Assembly: GCA_040380025.1 (NCBI GenBank)
Contig: JBEIJY010000009.1
Coordinates: forward strand, 6,341 to 70,340
Direction of reading: 5' to 3'
Origin: Bdellovibrionales bacterium
GTDB lineage: Bacteria; Bdellovibrionota; UBA1018; CAIMNF01
DNA length: 64,000 nucleotides
This document shows, in pieces, positions 39,181-47,742 of the stretch. A program made the translations under genes and the position numbers. Positions within the stretch are counted from its first letter, which is position 1. The number at the start of each line of letters is the position of its first letter. Below the pieces are notes generated by a model that was not told where the DNA came from, did no database searches, and saw only the letters and a program-made list of their open reading frames with translations.

Positions 39181-39470
39181 ACATCAAGGCCGAGGTCATT
39201 CCCCAGGACTCCGTGATCGAGCAGGTGAAGACCCTGTCGCTTCAGAACAACACTCTGGAGACCGAGACTGAGGTGCTCGAACGGAAACTGGAAGCCATCA
39301 AAGCCTCGCTTGCCGAGAACGAGACTCTGAAAAAAACAAACGAGGAACTGCTCGCAGAGACCCTCCGGCTGTTTGACGAGGAATGGACAAGACGTGCCGA
39401 TTTTTTTCCGGACATCCGTCTGGAGATCCTCACCTCCTCCGCGGCGCTCAATGCCCCGCCGAAGAAGTAG
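39177..39470 (+). CDS. Hypothetical small coiled-coil protein (97 aa)
   Basis: ATGA-type overlap with the upstream gene. Heptad-rich. Confidence 0.4.
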   Translation: MNIKAEVIPQDSVIEQVKTLSLQNNTLETETEVLERKLEAIKASLAENETLKKTNEELLAETLRLFDEEWTRRADFFPDIRLEILTSSAALNAPPKK

Positions 39471-40686
39471 ACCCGAGCAGCGCCGCGCTGATTCCGTCAC
39501 CCCGGGGCTCGTTTTGCGGAAACCAGCTCCATTTTTTGATCGTCTTCAGATCAGGCGCCATCGATTCGTTTTCGATCTTGAGCATCGAGCAGGTCGAATA
39601 CAGAATCATCCCCCCGGGAGAAAGATGATGTTTCGCCCAATCCAAGAGGAGACCTTGGGCTTCGACCAGCTTTTCGACATCATGGAACGTGCGATTCCAT
39701 TTGATTTCGGGATGGCGGCGGATGACCCCGGTGCTGGAACAAGGGGCATCGATCCAGATGAGGTCGTATTGTCCGTTGGAATTCCACACGGTCGAATACT
39801 CGGCGATTTCGATCGACTCCTGAAGCCCGAGGCGCGAGACATTTTCGCGGACGCGATCGAGCCGTTCGGAATCGATGTCGGTCGCCAGAACCGGAAAGCC
39901 CGCAAAGGCAAGGCCGAGGCTCTTTCCGCCCGGAGCCGCGCACAGATCGAGAATCCGGAGCGGACGCTTCTTCAGACCGCGAAGATAGTCCACGATTTCG
40001 TCGACGAGCTTTTGATTCGAGATGTCCTGCACGAATCCGGGGGGCTCGTTCCCGCGAAAGCCCTCTGCCAAGAGCATGGTCTCGGTGCGGGTTCGGTACC
40101 AGACCTCGGGTCGCGAGAGCACGGCTTCTGAAAACGCAAAAACCCAGTCCGAACCGTGATCTTTTCGAAGCTTTTTGAACAGCCACTCCGGAAGACTGCA
40201 CCACGCGACCTGCTCATCAAACGGGGTATCGGCGGTGACCTTCCAGGACCGCCACGATTCGCGCTGATCGGCGACCTTTCGAAGAATCGCATTCGCGAAT
40301 TTCGCGGGGGCTTCGCCGTCCTGCTGGCGAACCGCCTGCACCGTCTCGGAAACCACAAGACCGGGGGCCACATCCTGGGCCAGAAGCTGGTATACGGCGA
40401 TCTCGAGAAACCGCCGAACCTCGCCCGCCGGCTTTTTCTTGAGCGCATAGGTATCGATGATGAAGTCGACCCGTCCGCGGTAGCGAAGCACTCCGGAGGC
40501 GATTTCGTAAATCCAGGAACGATCGAATTCAGGAAGAGTTTTTTCGGACACCGCCGAGAGGACACGGGTCACCGCCTCTTCGAGCGTATCCTTCGAACCA
40601 TAAACTCGCCCGAGCACCCGACTTGCGAGCGACCGAAGCTCCACCAACGACTGCGCGGCCTTCCGGCCCTGGGATTCAGCGAACAT
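39448..40686 (-). CDS. rsmB: 16S rRNA (cytosine-C5)-methyltransferase RsmB/Sun family
   Basis: N-terminal NusB-like domain, then 'DLCAAPGGKS', 'DAPCSSTG' and 'YSTCS' motifs. Confidence 0.88.
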   Translation of the reverse strand: MFAESQGRKAAQSLVELRSLASRVLGRVYGSKDTLEEAVTRVLSAVSEKTLPEFDRSWIYEIASGVLRYRGRVDFIIDTYALKKKPAGEVRRFLEIAVYQLLAQDVAPGLVVSETVQAVRQQDGEAPAKFANAILRKVADQRESWRSWKVTADTPFDEQVAWCSLPEWLFKKLRKDHGSDWVFAFSEAVLSRPEVWYRTRTETMLLAEGFRGNEPPGFVQDISNQKLVDEIVDYLRGLKKRPLRILDLCAAPGGKSLGLAFAGFPVLATDIDSERLDRVRENVSRLGLQESIEIAEYSTVWNSNGQYDLIWIDAPCSSTGVIRRHPEIKWNRTFHDVEKLVEAQGLLLDWAKHHLSPGGMILYSTCSMLKIENESMAPDLKTIKKWSWFPQNEPRGDGISAALLGSTSSAGH

Positions 40687-41671
40687 TCCAGATCATGTAA
40701 AGGCCGGACGGAAGAACCCGTCCCGCGGTTTGAGTAACACCTGTGATTCGGTCCGCCACCCGGGACACGAGGCGATCAAAGAAGGATTGCTCTTCTTCGA
40801 AGCCCTCTTCTTCGTCCGATCCTCCTCCGAGGAGAAGTTCCTGAAGCCCCCTCGATCTTTTCGCAGGGTATGCGATCCGGGGCTTCCCTTTGATTTTGGC
40901 CTCGCGGGCCACGTCTTCGATCGCATCGTCGATGGTGCCGATCTCATCAATGAGCTTCAATTTTTTGGCTTGAGTACCGGTGAAGACCCGTCCATCGGCC
41001 ACCGAAGTGACCTCATCGGCACTCAGTTTGCGACCTTGGGCGACGGCCCCCTTGAACTGATCGAGCGTGTCCATGACAAGGCCCTGAAAATACTCGCGCT
41101 CCTCGGGAGCGAGATCGCGATACTCGGCACCGCTGTCTTTAAATCGGCCGGTTTTGACCGAATACCGCTCGACCTTGGCCCAGTCATAAAGCTTCTTCAG
41201 GTTCATGAACTCCATGATCACGCCGATCGAACCGGTTAGAGTTCCCGCATTGGCATAGACCTTTTTTGCCCCGGAGGCGATGTAGTAGGCGCCCGAGGCG
41301 GCCACACTCCCCATCGAAACGACGAGGGGCTTCGGAAACCGCTTCACCGCCTCGTAAATTTCTTGCGAGGGAGCCACGGCCCCGCCCGGAGAGTTGAGCC
41401 GGAGAACCACCGCTTTGATGTCGCGGTCCTCTTCGGCGTCCTTCAGGTTCCGGAGGATCCGGCGGGACTCGAGGATCACGCCCTTCAGCTCGATCACGGC
41501 GACATAGTCGCCCCGGTCAGAAAGAGCCCCGTCCCCTTCACGCCAAGAGGACGAGCCCCCGCGCATGAAGTAGTAAACGAAGCTGAAGATCAAAAAGAAG
41601 CCGAACAGCGCTACCGAGATGCCCAGAATGACGGCAAGGGGGTTCACGTGACGCTTTTGGATTTCACTCAT
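40676..41671 (-). CDS. sppA: Signal peptide peptidase SppA (36K type)
   Basis: N-terminal TM helix, then 'VVLRLNSPGG' and 'SMGSVAASGAYY'. 331 aa. Confidence 0.88.
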   Translation of the reverse strand: MSEIQKRHVNPLAVILGISVALFGFFLIFSFVYYFMRGGSSSWREGDGALSDRGDYVAVIELKGVILESRRILRNLKDAEEDRDIKAVVLRLNSPGGAVAPSQEIYEAVKRFPKPLVVSMGSVAASGAYYIASGAKKVYANAGTLTGSIGVIMEFMNLKKLYDWAKVERYSVKTGRFKDSGAEYRDLAPEEREYFQGLVMDTLDQFKGAVAQGRKLSADEVTSVADGRVFTGTQAKKLKLIDEIGTIDDAIEDVAREAKIKGKPRIAYPAKRSRGLQELLLGGGSDEEEGFEEEQSFFDRLVSRVADRITGVTQTAGRVLPSGLYMIWNVR

Positions 41672-41847
41672 ATTTCATGATTGTACATGGATTCGGACGG
41701 TTCGGCCACGGGGGGGTTGGAGCCTGGACCCTTATCGTTTTGCGTCGCGTTACAGGTTTCAGAATTCATGAAAAAACATTCTCCCTGAATTTTCTCTTGA
41801 ACTCCGCACACTCCTCGGTTAGAACGATGCTTCCTCTTTTATAGCGC

Positions 41848-41923
41848 GTCCCCATCGTCTAGAGGCCTAGGACACCGCCTTTTCACGGCAGTAACCGGGG
41901 TTCGACTCCCCGTGGGGACGCCA
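41848..41923 (+). tRNA. tRNA-Glu (anticodon UUC)
   Basis: GTCCCCA-TC-GTCT-AGAGGCCTA-GGAC-A-CCGCC-TTTTCAC-GGCAG-TAAC-CGGGG-TTCGACT-CCCCG-TGGGGAC-G-CCA. One C-A mismatch in the anticodon stem. Confidence 0.9.
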
Positions 41924-41970
41924 AAAAAGGTCTGTCATCGACTCGTTCGATGGCAGACCTTTTTTTGTTT
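41924..41970 (+). terminator. Rho-independent terminator after tRNA-Glu
   Basis: Stem aggtctgtcatcga / tcgatggcagacct followed by ttttttgttt. Confidence 0.8.
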
Positions 41971-42128
41971 CTACGGGTGCCGAGAACCCCGCGCGAGGGA
42001 GCGATAGCGACCGAAGCTCAGGGGTTCGTTCGCGAGACCCCAGGATGGGTCGAGCGAGCAAAGCGAGTGAAACGAGCGGTGCCTGAGCGACCGTAGGTCG
42101 CGAAGGTGGCGACCAGGATGGGAGCCAC

Positions 42129-42147
42129 ACTCCCCGTGGGGACGCCA
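42129..42147 (+). repeat. 19-nt direct repeat identical to the tRNA-Glu 3' end (actccccgtggggacgcca)
   Basis: Exact match to 41905-41923, lying 224 bp downstream, and likewise followed by a terminator. Confidence 0.9.
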
Positions 42148-42188
42148 AATAAAAAAGCCTGCATCACCCGATGCGGGCTTTTTTATTT
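42148..42188 (+). terminator. Bidirectional rho-independent terminator
   Basis: aaataaaaaa-gcctgcatc-accc-gatgcgggc-ttttttatttgg. A-tract before and T-tract after the hairpin. Confidence 0.75.
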
Positions 42189-42237
42189 GGCGCGCTCATG
42201 GAGGGCGAGAACCCGCGCGCCATTCCCGATCACCCGT

Positions 42238-42305
42238 ACCCTGAACTCTGTTCTGTACCCGGAATACGGTGAACAGAATTCAGGGTACAGAACAGAGTTC
42301 AGGGT
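42238..42305. repeat. Perfect 23-bp inverted repeat with a 22-nt spacer
   Basis: accctgaactctgttctgtaccc ... gggtacagaacagagttcagggt. The spacer contains gaacag, complementary to ctgttc in the arm. The two six-frame ORFs 42106-42357(+) and 42183-42473(-) mirror each other's peptide here. Confidence 0.9.
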
Positions 42306-42357
42306 GCGGGACAAACCCTTGAATCCTACTCCTGATTCCATCGCCCTTCGGAATTGA

Positions 42358-42738
42358 TTGGACCCGGCGACAAATCGGCCATACCAATCAGGAATGGAAC
42401 AGCTCTCGGTTTTGTTGCAAGGGACGATCGCGGCTTCAATCTGGATGGTATGGGTCTTCCGGTTCGAGAACATCGTCCGTGAGTTCCATCAGTTCGGTTA
42501 TCCCGATTGGTTCCGGAACCTGATCGGAGCCACCAAGCTGAGCCTCGCCGCCTTGCTTGTCGCGGGAATCTGGTTCCCGGTCCTGGCGTTTTTCCCGGCC
42601 GCGCTGATGGCCGTTCTCATGGTGGGAGCACAACTCACCCATTTTCGGGTCAAAAACCCGCTTCCGAAATTCATCCCTTCTCTGGTGCTTCTGGTCCTGA
42701 GCATTGCGGTGGCGGTTTTGAATCAGGACCGGATTTAG
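42358..42738 (+). CDS. DoxX family membrane protein
   Basis: 3-4 TM helices, e.g. 'KLSLAALLVAGIWFPVLAFFPAALMAVLMVGAQLTHF'. Start possibly at 42394 (MEQLSVLL). Confidence 0.65.
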   Translation: MDPATNRPYQSGMEQLSVLLQGTIAASIWMVWVFRFENIVREFHQFGYPDWFRNLIGATKLSLAALLVAGIWFPVLAFFPAALMAVLMVGAQLTHFRVKNPLPKFIPSLVLLVLSIAVAVLNQDRI

Positions 42739-43080
42739 GTGAACCTCCTCGCAGTTTTTTCCTGCATTTCTGGAATTTCTTTTTTGCTCTACGGTTACCA
42801 ATGCCTCCGCTCGCCCTTCATGAAATTGGAATTCGTGAGGTTCAAAATGGAGCGATTCAGGACACTGACGGGAATCCTCGAGATTCTGGGCGGAATCGGA
42901 GTGGTGATCGGTGTTTTTCAGCCCGCTATCGGGATCCTCTCCTCGCTCGGACTTTCTTTGCTCATGGCGATGGGCGTGGTCGTTCGGATCAGGATCAAAG
43001 ACCCGATTCGTTCTCTCCTTCCGGCGCTGTTTTTTTGCGCGCTGAACGGATGGATTCTGGTTCTTCACCTTTCCAGCTGA
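42739..43080 (+). CDS. DoxX family membrane protein (tandem paralog)
   Basis: 'LEILGGIGVVIGVFQPAIGILSSLGLSLLMAMGVVVRIRIK'. Directly abuts the previous stop. Confidence 0.65.
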   Translation: MNLLAVFSCISGISFLLYGYQCLRSPFMKLEFVRFKMERFRTLTGILEILGGIGVVIGVFQPAIGILSSLGLSLLMAMGVVVRIRIKDPIRSLLPALFFCALNGWILVLHLSS

Positions 43081-43729
43081 TGAACGGCCTGAAGCGCACA
43101 TCCAAAGACCGCGCATAATACGCAGAATCCGGCGTCTCGGGCAGGGCCACGCCCGCGAGTTCACTGAACCGCCCTCGGCACAATACAGAACTGGCACGAA
43201 CCGTCTTCCAAGGCGGGTGGATCACCTCTCCCCGAAAGAATCGATCTTTCCGCTTCAGAAACAAATGATACCGCTCGGTGATCCACTGGCGGGAAGGGCT
43301 CGAGTCCTCCTCGTTCGAAATCCCCGCTTCGAGCGAGAGGTCATAATCGATCCCACGGGCACTCAATTGGTACCGATCCCGCTCCAACGATGCGTGAATT
43401 CGAGCGTAGCGGTAAGGAAGCCCGAAGACGCTCCGGGCGATCCAGTTTCCGAGCCGGTGCGGGGTATCGAGGCAAAAAAAATAAATCCCGGGCACTCCGT
43501 CGCACACCACGTAGGTTCGCAAGTTCAACTCCCAAAGGCTCGAAACGAGCGGAACCGAGGGAGAATACGGAAACCTCACCCGATCCATGAAAAAGGGCAC
43601 CACCGAGAGAACCGCCTTGCCGTCCTGCAAATCGAGCGGGAACGGCACGTGATGCCGGATCCGCTCCGGATCGATTTTCCAGTTCAAAAAAAGAACGTGA
43701 TTCCAGCGTTGTTTAATGATCCAGGACAT
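42995..43729 (-). CDS. DUF2071 (YqjF-like) family protein
   Basis: 'MSWIIKQRWNHVLFLNWKIDPERIRHHVP' N-terminus typical of DUF2071. The 3' end overlaps the DoxX gene by about 85 nt, so the C-terminus is uncertain. Confidence 0.55.
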   Translation of the reverse strand: MSWIIKQRWNHVLFLNWKIDPERIRHHVPFPLDLQDGKAVLSVVPFFMDRVRFPYSPSVPLVSSLWELNLRTYVVCDGVPGIYFFCLDTPHRLGNWIARSVFGLPYRYARIHASLERDRYQLSARGIDYDLSLEAGISNEEDSSPSRQWITERYHLFLKRKDRFFRGEVIHPPWKTVRASSVLCRGRFSELAGVALPETPDSAYYARSLDVRFRPFISWKGEEPESIRSARKKTAPEGENESGL

Positions 43730-44084
43730 TTTTTTTCTTCGGAAGCAAATGCCGGTTCCTGGCAAAAATCCAGTATCCGATTTTTGCGACTTGATGAATG
43801 CCGGGCCAGAGGATCAGACGGCTTGCAAAGGCATATCGGGGGATCTTGCTCCAGATGTGGGCGAAGGCGTCGACTCCGGTCCGGATCTCGCCGTTCTCGG
43901 TCTGCACATGAAGATGCTCATTCACGGCTTTTGCATCGAGGCCATGGCTTTCGGCAAGAAAGTCAGGCCTGCTGATGTCGACGAGCTCGAACACACCCGG
44001 AGCGATCCGGTGGTAGTGCGAGATCTCGGAGTCACAAACGATGCAATTGCCGTCGAGGAAGATTTTTACTTTTTTTGCGTCCAT
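43713..44084 (-). CDS. DCC-family thiol-disulfide oxidoreductase (DUF393)
   Basis: 'IFLDGNCIVCDSEISHY'. Confidence 0.7.
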   Translation of the reverse strand: MDAKKVKIFLDGNCIVCDSEISHYHRIAPGVFELVDISRPDFLAESHGLDAKAVNEHLHVQTENGEIRTGVDAFAHIWSKIPRYAFASRLILWPGIHQVAKIGYWIFARNRHLLPKKKNVLDH

Positions 44085-44111
44085 ATGGCTGCCTGCTTCA
44101 AGTTTCCGGGA

Positions 44112-46220
44112 TCATCCATTCCACCCGTTTTTGCCCCCCGATTCAACCGGGTTCCTGTTTCCAAACGGAGGTTCCTTTCCGACAATCCCTATCGACCGGG
44201 GAATGTGCTCAAACAATGTGAAATCATACCCTGTGGCAAGATGAACCCGTTTGAATCCGAGTTCTGCCACTTGGGTCAAAAGCCGCTCTCCGGATACTCC
44301 GTTACCCAAGTTTGAATCAATATAGATCGGTGTCTCGAAGTGAATTTTCGGAAGTGCTTCGAAAAAAGAATCCGGATCCTGAAATGCGAGAAACGACATT
44401 TCTCTTTGACAAGCATCCATCTCCCAACACACACGAACCAATTCATCATCATCCAACAAGACAGCATCATAATAAATCCGGTCTTGGAGGAGCAACAGGG
44501 GAACCGAACCAGCCATCCCTTTTGGAATCAGCTTGATTCCCAATCGTTCACACTCAGTGTGAATCGAGGGTTCTTCAATGCGAGAGCTGACCAGATACGC
44601 CTGTCCGGCAAGCGAATATTGCTCGATCAAGCTCAGTCCGGTCTGTTTGAATCCCATGAACTCGTAATCCAGAAGGTAAATCGCGGATTCCGACTCGGAT
44701 GAAGATCGCACCCAAACCGAGAACTCCTCGGGAGTATGGAAATGATGAATGCTCGTCCGATGACCTTCCCGAACCATCGAGGAAAATCTTCTTCTCCAGA
44801 TCTCGTGTATCGACTCATCGTCGTCGAGAATCACAATTGGCCTGAAAGGCTCGATTTTCAGCTGCGACAAGAACCACTCCGGAGGATTCACCCTCGGAAG
44901 CAGGATCATCACCGAGGTTCCTGAGCCCTTGCTGGACTCGATCCTCAAAGATCCCCCCCAGGACTCAACACTGGTGCGCGCATGAAAAAGACCCAAACCA
45001 CTCCCCTCCGCCTTGCCATGCGTTTGACCCCTGAGACCCAGACGGGCCTGGACCTCAGGAGGAATTCCCCGTCCGTTGTCCGTGATTCGAACAAGAATGG
45101 CATTCCCGTGACCGGGACATATGGTCACACCGACCCGGCCCCCGTCTTCGAGAGCCTCGACAGCGTTGTTGATCAGATTCGAGCATACTCTTTTGAATTC
45201 GGTCGCCTGAATAGCTGAAAAAAAGGAATAGGACTCACCCGACATGGCCCAGTCGAACTCAATTCCTTCTTTGAAGCGGAATTGAAGACGCTTTTCGCTT
45301 ACAAGAGAATCCAAAAGAGCCGCCAGCATTTGAACCGAAACCGGCTCCTTTGAGGACGGACCGGCGGAAACCGAGAGTGAATCCCGGCTTCTCTGAAGAA
45401 GGTTGTTTGCAATGTCCTTGATTCGATTCACGGCAGACCTGAGCAGAATCCTCTTTTCTTCCTCCAAACCGGAAAGATCGTGCTCCAAAACACACAGAGC
45501 GGCCAATGGAGACCGGATGTCGTGAGCCACCTGGGCCGCGATCGAACCAAGAGCCTTCTCTCTTTCGGCAACAGCATTCTGTTCCTGAAGCAAGCGCAAT
45601 TGTTGGGCAAGAAGCGAAACTTCCCGGGGCAGATCCCGACTCAGATGAAGCTGTTGCGGACCGATCGTGACAAGCCGATAAAGGGGGTTCATGAATTTTG
45701 CGCGCAGAAAACGATGCTGAATCATCAGCCCGATCAGAGTGAACAGTGTCCAAGGGAGCAATGCGAGCAGTGTGACGGGGCTGCCGATTCTTTGAAAAAC
45801 GCCCTGAACTGCTGCCGAGACCCTGACCATGAATCGCCCGCGGACCAATGGCACTTCCCGATCGAGGAACACCGCTCCATTCTCAAAACCAGAACAGAAT
45901 CCTCTTTGCATTCGATCCATGCAGGTCAATCCGCCATCGCGGATCTCAATTCGTTCCAAACGGAATTCCGCCTGTAAAAGCTGACGGATTTTTTCGGGTT
46001 GACCGGCTTTACCAAGAATCAACTCATTTGCGATTCGCCGGGTGATGGACATACTCTCGCCTGCAAGACGGTTCAGTACATGATTTTTTTCAGACTGCAG
46101 CTCGATCCAGGCAAGACCGATGACAATGAAAATGGAAGCAGCGAACGCGAACCCGCATTGAATGATCCACGAAAGATTCAAATACCAGTGAATCGATCTC
46201 GCGCTGGTGTCTTCACTCAT
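44112..46220 (-). CDS. Hybrid sensor histidine kinase (2 TM + HisKA + HATPase_c + two receiver-like C-terminal domains)
   Basis: H-box 'VAHDIRSPLAAL', N-box 'NLINNAVEA' and G-boxes 'DNGRGI' / 'GSGLGL'. C-terminal REC-like segments 'IVILDDDESIHEIW' and 'AVLLDDDELVRV'. Confidence 0.8.
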   Translation of the reverse strand: MSEDTSARSIHWYLNLSWIIQCGFAFAASIFIVIGLAWIELQSEKNHVLNRLAGESMSITRRIANELILGKAGQPEKIRQLLQAEFRLERIEIRDGGLTCMDRMQRGFCSGFENGAVFLDREVPLVRGRFMVRVSAAVQGVFQRIGSPVTLLALLPWTLFTLIGLMIQHRFLRAKFMNPLYRLVTIGPQQLHLSRDLPREVSLLAQQLRLLQEQNAVAEREKALGSIAAQVAHDIRSPLAALCVLEHDLSGLEEEKRILLRSAVNRIKDIANNLLQRSRDSLSVSAGPSSKEPVSVQMLAALLDSLVSEKRLQFRFKEGIEFDWAMSGESYSFFSAIQATEFKRVCSNLINNAVEALEDGGRVGVTICPGHGNAILVRITDNGRGIPPEVQARLGLRGQTHGKAEGSGLGLFHARTSVESWGGSLRIESSKGSGTSVMILLPRVNPPEWFLSQLKIEPFRPIVILDDDESIHEIWRRRFSSMVREGHRTSIHHFHTPEEFSVWVRSSSESESAIYLLDYEFMGFKQTGLSLIEQYSLAGQAYLVSSRIEEPSIHTECERLGIKLIPKGMAGSVPLLLLQDRIYYDAVLLDDDELVRVCWEMDACQREMSFLAFQDPDSFFEALPKIHFETPIYIDSNLGNGVSGERLLTQVAELGFKRVHLATGYDFTLFEHIPRSIGIVGKEPPFGNRNPVESGGKNGWNG

Positions 46221-47332
46221 CTTGAAACCGATGCCTTCTCGATTCTTTCAAAGGATATTCTCGAACGTTCCAACTTGTAAACAGATACCCCCTGATAAGG
46301 TTTGAATGGTCGGATTTCGCGAATCATTGCGGTGAATCTCTCTTTCCTGTCCGGTCGGTGCTTGCAAAGCGCTTCTGTGAGTCCGGACACAATCCTAATG
46401 AGCGATTGCGAAGAGCCACTGTCCGGAAAACCACCGATCAATGCCCTGTCTTTCAAAATCCGCCTTCCAACCGAGAAGGTCTTCAACCCCACATCAGAGG
46501 GCGGAAAACCTCGCACAGTGATTCCTTTTGCCCTGCCGGGTGCGATCCCCGCACTTAAAAATCCGAAATGGGAATCACCCCATCCATCGGATCCGAGAAA
46601 CAAAGGCGGGGATTCAAGCGACTCCAATTCGAACATTACCCGGGAAGATTGTTTGGAGTAGTTGGGCAGTAAAACAACACCCGGTCTCAGATTCCGCACC
46701 TGCTGTCTCAAACCGTTGAAATCGGGGCCATCCCCGGTCAACTGCGTTTCTCCGAGTTTCTTCAAGCCGACTCCTGATGCCGCCCTGTCGAACTCTTTTG
46801 AGAAATCACGGCAACTCAGACAATCCGAATCAACAACGGAAAAATAAGTGGAGGACTCTTTTTTTGCGATCCCTACCGCCACAGCGACCATTTCGGCGTT
46901 ACTCGGGGCCATGGTTGAGTGGATTCCACCAAGCGAAAACACCTCGGCGGATGAAGCCATTGTGCTTACCGTCGGAGTACCCTCCGCACCTTTCGCCAGA
47001 ACAAGATACTGATGACTTCGTCTCGGTCCGACGATGAGCCACTTGCCCTCTTTCGCCGCTTGATGAGCCCTTTCAAAAGCCTGTAAATCATCGCTCGCGT
47101 CAAAAAATGCGAATTGGGATTCGATTCGATAACCGCAACGTCTCAATTCTTCTTTGTTATAACGGATCGCCATTGTGACGGCGTTTCTGTATTCGGCGGC
47201 AAACCGCTCGGATGAAGTCGTATCTTTGGGGGATAACGCTTCAATGAAACTCACGGGGACGGGAATCAGTGTTGATCCTTGGACGATCCCGGACCAAATT
47301 GCCACCAGCAGGGCAATGCAAAAACCAGTCAC
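46217..47332 (-). CDS. Periplasmic substrate/ligand-binding protein (type I PBP fold)
   Basis: Signal peptide, 371 aa. ATGA overlap with the downstream hybrid kinase. Confidence 0.55.
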   Translation of the reverse strand: MTGFCIALLVAIWSGIVQGSTLIPVPVSFIEALSPKDTTSSERFAAEYRNAVTMAIRYNKEELRRCGYRIESQFAFFDASDDLQAFERAHQAAKEGKWLIVGPRRSHQYLVLAKGAEGTPTVSTMASSAEVFSLGGIHSTMAPSNAEMVAVAVGIAKKESSTYFSVVDSDCLSCRDFSKEFDRAASGVGLKKLGETQLTGDGPDFNGLRQQVRNLRPGVVLLPNYSKQSSRVMFELESLESPPLFLGSDGWGDSHFGFLSAGIAPGRAKGITVRGFPPSDVGLKTFSVGRRILKDRALIGGFPDSGSSQSLIRIVSGLTEALCKHRPDRKERFTAMIREIRPFKPYQGVSVYKLERSRISFERIEKASVSR

Positions 47333-47712
47333 CGGATCTTTCTCCAGACCAAGTGGGCGGTTCCGAACGACTCTCGTGGTGACGAGAGCCTCAAATCAGA
47401 ACCAATCAAGCTGGCAAAACGGATGAGTTGTTTACCGATTCGACCAGGGTTCGAGGCATTCTCAACCCCATGCACGATTTCACCGCCTTTGACCTCAAAA
47501 GAGCCCGAGTAAAAAAGAATGGAATCAAAGATGCGTTCGAATTCGTCCGAAGTCTCAAGATCAGGATCCCGATTGATACTCACGCTCATTTTTCCGGAAT
47601 CATCGTAAATGAGCTGCCCTCGGACATTTTTCCCCCAAGACTCAGTGGATCCCTGAAGATCTTCGATCTCGAAACTGACAAGCGACCATGCTCCCAGAAT
47701 TTTTTCCCGCAT
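47329..47712 (-). CDS. Lipocalin-like domain protein
   Basis: 'ILGAWSLVSFEIEDLQGSTESWGKNVRGQLIYDDSGKMSV' is a lipocalin-like N-terminal signature. Confidence 0.5.
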   Translation of the reverse strand: MREKILGAWSLVSFEIEDLQGSTESWGKNVRGQLIYDDSGKMSVSINRDPDLETSDEFERIFDSILFYSGSFEVKGGEIVHGVENASNPGRIGKQLIRFASLIGSDLRLSSPRESFGTAHLVWRKIR

Positions 47713-47742
47713 TCGTCCCCCTTTTCCCGATTTGAACCGAGA

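Noticed and set aside
41867-42148. 93-aa minus-strand ORF spanning the tRNA-Glu / repeat region.
   Set aside because: It overlaps the tRNA gene and both terminators. It is an artefact of the structured, GC-rich spacer.
42106-42473. Two small ORFs (83 aa plus strand, 96 aa minus strand) encoding near-identical peptides (RTLNSVLYPE...SGYRTEFRVR).
   Set aside because: They are the two strands of the perfect 23-bp palindrome read in the same relative frame, so this is not a coding signal.
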